Assembly: GCA_963724285.1 (NCBI GenBank)
Contig: CAVRUD010000008.1
Span: forward strand, 6,302-70,301
Length of the DNA: 64,000 nt
Reading direction: 5' to 3'
Source of the DNA: an uncultured Chloroflexia bacterium
Lineage (GTDB): Bacteria > Chloroflexota > Chloroflexia > Thermomicrobiales > UBA6265
Shown: piece by piece, positions 57,282-64,000 of the stretch
Numbering within the stretch: position 1 is the stretch's first letter
Layout of the letters: each line of letters opens with the position of its first letter
The notes under the pieces: model-generated
The model's input: only the letters and a program-made list of their open reading frames with translations
Told to the model about the DNA's origin: nothing
The model's database searches: none
Translations under genes and position numbers: made by a program

Positions 57282-57593
57282 TCTCCCCGGCGATCCGATC
57301 GGCTCCTCCGGCGGCACTGAAGCCGCCGCGGAGACGGGCGAGTCCGAATCCGACTCCCCGCTCCAGTCCTTCCTCGCTCAGAGCCGGGATTTCTTCGCAT
57401 TCATGAGCGACGCGGTCCCCCGCCTCAACGAGCCCGCTCCCGGCGGCGTCGACACCTGCTAATGCGCTCACCGCAAACCGTGGCCGCCGTCGCCGCTCGC
57501 CTCGGAGCGGCTGTAATGGTGAGCCCGGGCCAACCCTGGACCGTGAGCCCCGGGCGGCAGGGGACACGCGGCCAACCGTTCCGACGAGCGCTT

Positions 57594-57885
57594 TAGCCCG
57601 GATGATTCATGGGCGCCGTGGGAACGGCGGCGCCGCGTTGGCGTCGCCCGGGGCTAAAGACCCCGGGCTGACCCCGATAACCCGGCTGAAGCCGGCTGCC
57701 GCCCGTCTCGAAAGGCGGAGAGATCCGAACAGAGCCTCGGCGTTCCAGCCCCCTTCAGGGGGGTTATCGGGGTCAGCCCGGGGTCTTTAGCCCCGGGCGA
57801 GGCCAGGGCGGCGCCGCGCATCGCCCCGGGCGACAAGGGCGCGGCGCCGCCGTTCCCACGCGGTACCCGTGAATCATCCGGGCTA
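57594..57885. repeat. composite palindromic element: 'outer' arms with an 'inner' REP/MITE-like element nested inside
   Basis: Outer arms 57594-57633 and 57844-57885 match 30366-30490. The inner part 57643-57806 matches 12229-12369 and 63014-63168. Confidence 0.85.
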
Positions 57886-58529
57886 GCCGCCCACGCTGCC
57901 TCGGGCGAAGACAGCCCGGTCGGCATCGATCGGGTCTCACGCGTGAGCACCCCATTCGGTTATGACGATGCGGGCCAACACGGGCAATCCCCTGCGAACC
58001 TCTCCAGAGGATAGGGGCTCGTCCGCGCGTCGGGTGACGCTCGGCTCCGAACTGTCATAGGTTGAGGTCGATCGCTGACCGCTCCGACCGTGGTGGGCCG
58101 CCAGCACCAGATGAGCGGAAGACCCCGGAAGTTCCGGCGAGGTGTGGCGGGCCAATACGCCATTGGACCGAAACGGCTACGACCTCGGCTCCGGCAGAAT
58201 CGGACCTTATCCACGAATAGGCCCTTAGACGGATGCCCCTACGACCGCGCTCAGCCTATGATTGAGGCGTGGTGAGACCGCCAATAGCCTCAGGAGGGTC
58301 GCCTCCGGGTGGCTTCGTCGTCCCGCGGGGAGCGAACCGCCGCCGTGCGGCCGGTTCTTCCCCATTCCAGCGGGCCGGGTTGCGAGACGAAGCGCCGCCG
58401 AGAAGGACCGTCGAGGCCGAGCCGCGATCTCGCCAGGCGATGGAGGTGCCGAGAGCACGGGGCACAACGGAGACGAAGCGAGCGTCAGTTGCTCGTCGTC
58501 GGTTCGCAGGAGCAGGAGGAGCAGGTCCG

Positions 58530-59252
58530 ATGGCAGCCACGATTCCGGCCCACGCGGTGGTCGCGAGCTTTCGCTTCGAGGTCGGGGCGAGCAACGCGCT
58601 GGACAAACTCAAGGCCATCAGCCAGGAGCAGGGGCTCGGCGTCCAGAACGCGGCGGTGCTCAAGGTGGGCGACGACGGCAAGCTGCGCGTCCACGAGACC
58701 GCCGACATGAGCGGCGGCAAGGGCATGGTCCTCGGCGGGGTGGTCGGCGGCGTCGTCGGTCTCCTCGGCAGCACGGTGCTCTTGCCGCTCGGGATTGGCG
58801 CGGTCGCCGGCGGGCTGGCGGCCCGGCTGCGCGACTCCGGGTTCCCGAACGAGCGGCTCCGGGAGGTCGGGGCCAAGCTGCAACCGGGCAACTCGCTGCT
58901 GATCGTCGCCGTCGACGACGCGGCCGTCGATCCGGTGGCGGCGATCCTGAAGGATGCCGGCGCCGATGTCGTTCGCGAGGCGGTCGACGGCAAGGTCGTC
59001 GAGGAGTTGGAGACGGCGGCAGCGGCAACGGAGGCGCCCGCGGACGTGGCTCCCGCAGCCACCGGCTCGGTCGAGGTGAGCGGCGTGCAGGACTGCCCGG
59101 ACGGTTACCCGATCAAGGGCAACGCCGACTCGCTTATCTACCACGTCCCCGCCAGCCCCGTCTACGCCGCCACCCAACCCGAGGTCTGCTTCGCCACCGA
59201 GGACGCCGCCCTGGCCGCCGGCTACCGCGCTCCCCTCCACCAACCTCGCTAG
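58530..59252 (+). CDS. DUF1269-like Gly-zipper membrane protein with a short conserved C-terminal domain
   Basis: 'GGKGMVLGGVVGGVVGLLGSTVLLPLGIGAVAGGLAA'. C-terminus 'YPIKGNADSLIYHVPASPVYAATQPEVCFATEDAALAAGYRAP'. Confidence 0.7.
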   Translation: MAATIPAHAVVASFRFEVGASNALDKLKAISQEQGLGVQNAAVLKVGDDGKLRVHETADMSGGKGMVLGGVVGGVVGLLGSTVLLPLGIGAVAGGLAARLRDSGFPNERLREVGAKLQPGNSLLIVAVDDAAVDPVAAILKDAGADVVREAVDGKVVEELETAAAATEAPADVAPAATGSVEVSGVQDCPDGYPIKGNADSLIYHVPASPVYAATQPEVCFATEDAALAAGYRAPLHQPR

Positions 59253-59438
59253 GGACTCCTTGACGCCAAGCGGTAACGGCGACGGCCGAAACGGTCGCGG
59301 ACCGGGGACAACGTTCTCTGTCTGCGCGGTAGGAGTGCCGAATCAGGCGCGTGTTCTGGTCGTCAACGACGCCTCGCCACGACATCCGTCGCCACCCGCC
59401 CGCGACGCGCGCGGGTCGATGAACGAAAGGAAGCAACG

Positions 59439-59765
59439 ATGCCGCTCTATCTCACCAGGTTCAGCTACACGCCGGAGACGTGGGCCAGGCTGATCGCCAA
59501 CCCCGAGGACCGCCGCCCGGCGGCGCAGGAGTACATCGAGTCGGTCGGCGGCAAGCTCCACGGGTTCTGGTACGGCTTCGGCACCTACGACGGCTACAAC
59601 TTGTGGGAGGCCCCCGACAACGTGTCGATAGCCGCGGTGGTGCTGGCTATCAGCAGCGGCGGCGCGCTGAGTTCGTGCGAAACGACGGTGCTCCTGACCG
59701 TCGACGAGACGCTGGAGGCCCTGCGCAAGGCCGGGCAAGTCCGGTACCGCGCGCCCGGCGCGTAG
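59439..59765 (+). CDS. GYD-domain protein
   Basis: 'MPLYLTRFSYTPETWARLIANPEDR...GKLHGFWYGFGTYDGYNLWEAPDNVSIAAV'. Confidence 0.85.
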   Translation: MPLYLTRFSYTPETWARLIANPEDRRPAAQEYIESVGGKLHGFWYGFGTYDGYNLWEAPDNVSIAAVVLAISSGGALSSCETTVLLTVDETLEALRKAGQVRYRAPGA

Positions 59766-59927
59766 CGGCCGGCGCCTCGCTCCCGTGCCAAGCGGGCCGC
59801 GCCTCGACATCGCTGCCACGACCGTGTGCAACCATGTGCCAAGCATCTCGGGTCTTCCGCTCTTTTGGTGAAGCGTCCCAGGACTGGGGACGAGTCCACC
59901 GGTTGACCCCTACCTCTTGTGGGTCGC

Positions 59928-60005
59928 GACCGCCTTTCACCTGATGTGCGGGAGAGCCGACATGCTTGACACCTGCGTGCCGTCAGCCATGGCAGCCGAC
60001 GTCTA
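59928..60005. repeat. left arm of a ~75-bp imperfect inverted repeat flanking the methyltransferase gene
   Basis: Core 'gtgcgggagagccgacatgcttgacacctgcgtgcc', matched in reverse complement at 60975-61055. Confidence 0.7.
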
Positions 60006-60102
60006 TACTCCGTCCTCTTGGCATCGCGCTGCTCATGGGATCGGGCACCGCGCAGCCGTGGTGGTCGCTGCGCCGACGGGAGCACGAGGGAGCACGGTGG
60101 AG

Positions 60103-60927
60103 ATGGCCGGACGCGGAGCCCGCGAAACCTACACCCACGACTACGGCGCGGACTATCGGCGCCTGCACGGCGGGCGGACCGCCGCGCGCGACGCCGCCTT
60201 CTTCCTGCCCCACCTGCGCCCGGGCATGCGCCTGCTCGACTGCGGATGCGGGCCGGGCTCGATTACCGTCGGCCTCGCCCACGCGGTCGCGCCGGGCGAG
60301 GTGGTCGCCCTCGACGTCGCCCAGGCCCAGCTCGACGCCGCGCGGGCGCTCGCGGAGGAGCGCGGCGCGCGCAACATCCGGTTCCAGCTCGGCAGCATCT
60401 ACGACCTGCCCCTGCCCGACGCCTCCGTCGACGCCGCCTTCGCCCACAACGTCCTAGAGCACCTGCGCGCCCCCGACGCGGCGCTGGCGGAGCTGCGCCG
60501 GGTGCTCACGCCCGGCGGGGTCGTGGGGATCCGCGACGATGACTGGGGCGCCTACGTGCTGGAGCCGACCACCCCGCTGCGCGAACTGGGGATCGAACTG
60601 ATCCTCCGGGTGGTCGAGCACAACGGGGGGAACTTCCGCTCGGCCCGCCACCACGTCCGGCGGCTGCGCGAGGCGGGGTTCGTGACCGTCGCGGGGTACG
60701 CGAGCGCGGGCGGCAGCGGCACGACCGAGCCGGTGGAGGAATTCGCCGGCGTCCTGGTCCGCCAGGTGCAAGACCCGGCGTTCGCGGCGGTCGTCCTCGG
60801 GGAGGGGTGGGCGGACCGGTCGACGCTCGAGGCGATCGCCGCCGACTTCCGCGCCTGGGCCGAATCACCGGACGCGTTCCTGGCATTCGTCAAGTGCGCC
60901 GCCGTCGGCCGGCGCCCGGAGGGGTGA
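60103..60927 (+). CDS. class I SAM-dependent methyltransferase
   Basis: 'RLLDCGCGPGSITVGLA', 'VVALDVAQAQLDAAR', 'FAHNVLEHL', 'LTPGGVVGI'. Start at 'MAGRGA'. Confidence 0.85.
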   Translation: MAGRGARETYTHDYGADYRRLHGGRTAARDAAFFLPHLRPGMRLLDCGCGPGSITVGLAHAVAPGEVVALDVAQAQLDAARALAEERGARNIRFQLGSIYDLPLPDASVDAAFAHNVLEHLRAPDAALAELRRVLTPGGVVGIRDDDWGAYVLEPTTPLRELGIELILRVVEHNGGNFRSARHHVRRLREAGFVTVAGYASAGGSGTTEPVEEFAGVLVRQVQDPAFAAVVLGEGWADRSTLEAIAADFRAWAESPDAFLAFVKCAAVGRRPEG

Positions 60928-60974
60928 CCCGCCGCGCCCGGCCTGCGCGACGGGGCAGCATCGCATCGCCGACC

Positions 60975-61055
60975 GCACCGTCCGCTGCCACGGGCGAGTG
61001 CACGCATGTTTCAAGTATGTCGGCTCTCCCGCACTTCGGGTGAAGCACGGTTTCG
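60975..61055. repeat. right arm of the ~75-bp imperfect inverted repeat
   Basis: Its reverse complement reads 'gtgcgggagagccgacatacttgaaacatgcgtgcac'. Confidence 0.7.
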
Positions 61056-61083
61056 CAACAGTGTGGCAGGTGGGGATCTGCCG

Positions 61084-61953
61084 CTACCTTCCGAGCAACT
61101 CTTTCGCTCGTCGCAGCGCGTCGATGTGCGCTTGGGGCGAGGCGAACCCGGCGCCGATCGTGCTGACCCCCAGGTGCGTCGCCCCGATGGCGCGCCAGGC
61201 CGCGGCGTGCGCCGCCCACCGCTCCTCCGGCATGGCGCGCAGGCTCAGGAACGCCTCGACGCCGACCGCTTCCGGCGCCCGGCCCGCCGCCCGGGCGTAG
61301 CCACGCAGCCGCTCGACCATGCCCCGCGCCGCGTCGTCGGGCGGGACGTCGAGCGGGAACCAGCCGTCGCCCAGCCGTCCGGTCCGCTTGAGCGTCGCCT
61401 CCGCCATCCCGCCGATCCAGAGCGGGATGGGCCGCCGGACCGGCAGCGGGTCGATCCCCGCCCCGTCCACCCGGTGCCACCGCCCGGCAAAATCGACCAC
61501 CGGTTCGGTCCACAGCGCCCGCATGAGCGCGATCTGCTCCTCGCTCCGGGCGCCACGGTCGCCGTAGTCGGCCCCGAGTGCCGCGAACTCCTCCGGGATC
61601 CAGCCGACGCCGACGCCGAGGCGCAGCCGCCCCCCGCTCAGGACGTCGACCTCGGCCGCCTGCTTGGCCACCAGGACGGTCTGCCGCTGGGGCAGGACCA
61701 GCACCCCCGTCACCAGCTCGACGCGCCGGGTCAGCGCGGCCAGGTAGCCGAAGAGGACGAGCGGCTCGTGGAAGGGCTGGCCAGTGGTAGCGTCGCCGGT
61801 GTAACCGACGTGTCCCGGGCGGGACGGGAGGATCACGTGGTCGAAGGCCAGGAGGTGGGCATAGCCGAGCTCCTCGGCGGCTTGGGCGATGTCCCGGATC
61901 GCGACCGGATCGGCCCCGATTTCGCTCTGAGGAAAGACCGCCCCGATCTGCAC
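61084..61953 (-). CDS. LLM-class F420/flavin-dependent oxidoreductase
   Basis: 'VQIGAVFPQSEIGADPVAIRDIAQAAEELGYAHLLAFDHV', 'VLVLPQRQTVLVAKQAAEVDVLSGGRLRLGVGVGW'. GTG start at 61953 assumed. Confidence 0.8.
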   Translation of the reverse strand: MQIGAVFPQSEIGADPVAIRDIAQAAEELGYAHLLAFDHVILPSRPGHVGYTGDATTGQPFHEPLVLFGYLAALTRRVELVTGVLVLPQRQTVLVAKQAAEVDVLSGGRLRLGVGVGWIPEEFAALGADYGDRGARSEEQIALMRALWTEPVVDFAGRWHRVDGAGIDPLPVRRPIPLWIGGMAEATLKRTGRLGDGWFPLDVPPDDAARGMVERLRGYARAAGRAPEAVGVEAFLSLRAMPEERWAAHAAAWRAIGATHLGVSTIGAGFASPQAHIDALRRAKELLGR

Positions 61954-62116
61954 GGCTCGACCCTCCTGCGGCCCGCCTTCGTCGTCGCGGCCCGTGCGGC
62001 ATCCTACCGCAAGGCCGGCGGGCTGCGGGAGTACCCGCGCGATGGCAACGCGCAACCGGCCGATCGCATCGGGGAGCATGCCCCGGTCCGACCGCCCGCG
62101 CCGGAGGAGGTGTCCC

Positions 62117-62870
62117 GTGGTTCCCGCCCGCCTCCCCATCCCGCCGTCGCTCCACGTCGAGTCGCTGCTCCTCGAAGGGGACGGGCTGACGATCCTGGCC
62201 TCAGCCGAAGCACCCTCCGCCCGCTGCCCCGACTGCGGCGAACCGGCTCAGCGGGTCCAAAGCCGCTACCACCATACCTTTGCAGACCTGCCGTGGGCGG
62301 CATGGCGGCGAGCGGGTGCAGATCCACGCGCGCAAGTTCTCCTGCGACAACTCCGCTTACCCGCTGCCCGCGCACGGTCTTCGCCGAGCGGCTGGCGGGG
62401 GTCGCCCGGACGGTCGGTATCGCCCCGATGACGGTCTACACGTACCTGCGCCAGGGACCGCCCCGGCGCAAGCGCCACCGTGTGCATGGTCGGCCGCGCG
62501 TGCTCGAACCCAACGAGCCGTGCCGTGCCTCCTCAGGCGGTGGAACGAAGGCTGCCAAACCGCGACGCGGCTGTGGCGGGAGATCCAGGAGCAAGGCTTC
62601 ACCAACTCGGCGACCAACGTCCAGCGCTCCGTCGTCCGGCAGCGCCGGGAAGGGCCGCCCCCGACCGACCGGCCGCGGACGGCGCTGACCAAACCCGAGG
62701 GACCGCCGCCCCGGCAGGTCGCTGCGCTCCTCCTGTGGCGGCCCGAGCAGCGCGCCTACCTGACGCACCTGCCGGTCGAGGATCTCGCGATTGCCACGGC
62801 GGTCGCCCTGGCGAGGACTTCCTCGTCATGCTGCGCCAGCGGGTGCTCCAGGCGGCCTGACCGACGCCGC
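62117..62870 (+). pseudogene. ISL3-like transposase remnant (zinc-finger N-terminus and later segments), multiply frameshifted and lacking an intact DDE domain
   Basis: 'RCPDCGEPAQRVQSRYHHTFADLPW | ERVQIHARKFSCDN | RTVFAERLAGVA ... | RRWNEGCQTATRLWREIQEQGFTNSATNVQR'. Confidence 0.65.
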
Positions 62871-63013
62871 CATGCCCGAGCGCCCGACTCGATCCTACCC
62901 GCCGGTCACCAACACTGCGGGAGAGTCGGGATTGGGTACGCAAGGCGGTCGCATCGGTGGCCGCTACCCCGACGCTCGAGCGCGTTGCAAGAATCTTGGC
63001 GCCGTCCTGGCAT

Positions 63014-63168
63014 CGCCCGGGGCTAAAGACCCCGGGCTGAGCAAGATAACCCGGCTGAAGCCGGCTGCCACCCGTCTCGATATTCAGAGAGCTCCGATCA
63101 CCGCCCCGGCGTGGCAGCCCCCTTCAGGGGGGTTATCAGATTTAGCCCGGGGTCTTTAGCCCCGGGCG
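63014..63168. repeat. REP/MITE-like nested palindromic element ('inner' type)
   Basis: 'cgcccggggctaaagaccccgggctgagcaagataacccggctgaagccggctgcc...cagcccccttcaggggggttatc...agcccggggtctttagccccgggcg'. Confidence 0.85.
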
Positions 63169-63455
63169 GGCAGGGGACACGCGGTCAACCGTTCCGACGG
63201 GCGCACTGGCGGTTGATATCTGGGCATGGGGCATGGCTCGGCACCGATACCCCGCGCACAATCCCGGCCAGAATCTCACGGCGCATCCGTCCGTGTTCGG
63301 CCGACGTTGGGAGTCGTTCAACGATGCGGTGGCCGAAACCCGCGCGGCGTCGGCTCGGATGGCCCCTGCCTCGCCCGGCGTCGGGTGTCCATCCCGGCGA
63401 CGCGGACCAACTGGGGCCTTGATGGATCGCCTCGCGCTATATATACTCGATATCT

Positions 63456-63971
63456 ATGCGGGAGTTCTTCCTTACACTTTTGGCCGGCGGGAGTGCGTAT
63501 GGCTACGAGCTTCGGCAGACGCTCGAACGCGAGTTCGGCGATCTCCTGCCGACGCTGAATGCCGGTCAGATCTACACCACGCTCGCGCGGCTTGAGCGAG
63601 ATGGCCTGATCGTCGGTCGAGACGTCTTGGAAGACACCCGCGGCAAGCGCGTCTACACCCTCACGGATGCGGGGAGAGCGGTCCTCTCGGAGTGGATCGA
63701 GGCCCCAATTCCGGGAACGCGGCTGAAGGACGAGTTCTTCATGAAGCTTGTGCTCGTTGCGGGAGCTGGTCTCGCCGAGCCACGGAAACTGCTCGACGGG
63801 CAGCGACGTGAGTACTTACAGTCGCTGCGCGACCTCGACGCGTTACTGGAGACTCGGGCGACTGGTGCGACGGCCGAGCTGCTTGTGGAGGGCGCGATTC
63901 TTCATCTCAAAGCCGATCTGGAATGGCTCGACCTGATCGAGCAACGCATCCCGGAGGTCCCATCCACATGA
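63456..63971 (+). CDS. PadR-family transcriptional regulator
   Basis: 'LLAGGSAYGYELRQTLEREFG...NAGQIYTTLARLERDGLI...KRVYTLTDAGR'. Confidence 0.9.
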   Translation: MREFFLTLLAGGSAYGYELRQTLEREFGDLLPTLNAGQIYTTLARLERDGLIVGRDVLEDTRGKRVYTLTDAGRAVLSEWIEAPIPGTRLKDEFFMKLVLVAGAGLAEPRKLLDGQRREYLQSLRDLDALLETRATGATAELLVEGAILHLKADLEWLDLIEQRIPEVPST

Positions 63972-64000
63972 CGAACGTCATCGAAGCACGAGGGCTCTCA
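63968..64000 (+). CDS. 5' end of a downstream gene (possibly an ABC-transporter ATPase), truncated by the window edge
   Basis: ATGA overlap with the PadR stop. 'MTNVIEARGLS' resembles ABC ATPase N-termini. Only 11 codons are visible. Confidence 0.35.
   Translation, partial: MTNVIEARGLS

Noticed and set aside
1-64000. tRNA, rRNA or tmRNA genes.
   Set aside because: I saw no T-loop or acceptor-like signatures, or rRNA-like conserved blocks, while reading the intergenic regions. The visual scan is not exhaustive; tRNAscan/Infernal would settle it.

Overview
This is visibly high-G+C bacterial DNA (composition judged by eye, not computed). I found no rRNA, tRNA or CRISPR array. All calls rest on motif-level reading of the supplied ORF translations and the DNA; no searches were run.

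Layout:
- 0-17 kb: sensor and regulator genes, an Mrr restriction gene, metal and redox genes (MerR, a Tat-exported double cupredoxin, ArsR-ArsM, MoeA), and one IS982-like element.
- 17-38 kb: an accessory island rich in proteases and 'conflict-system' domains. It holds a minus-strand operon of two secreted trypsin-like fusion proteins (one with WD40, one with vWA). It also holds a C14 caspase-like gene directly followed by a ~1,200-aa lipase-like/macro-like/CHAT protein, an M23 peptidase, a cyclooxygenase/alpha-dioxygenase-like haem enzyme, and an intact TIR-STAND-TPR gene. I consider the caspase/CHAT pair plus the TIR-STAND gene the best candidate for an undescribed system.
- 38-52 kb: a decayed stretch with IS630-, ISL3- and recombinase-like remnants, several multi-frameshift pseudogenes, and an HTH-STAND-TPR-LuxR regulator.
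- 52.9-55.7 kb: a copper-oxidase/cupredoxin cluster.
- 56-64 kb: small miscellaneous genes and a PadR-led operon start.

Two window-wide signals stand out. One is a family of nested palindromic REP/MITE-like repeats. The other is an unusually high density of reading-frame disruptions, affecting about 14 genes. Some disruptions sit at homopolymer runs, and there are also two in-frame TAG codons. These could be assembly indels or real gene decay, and I cannot tell which from the sequence alone.
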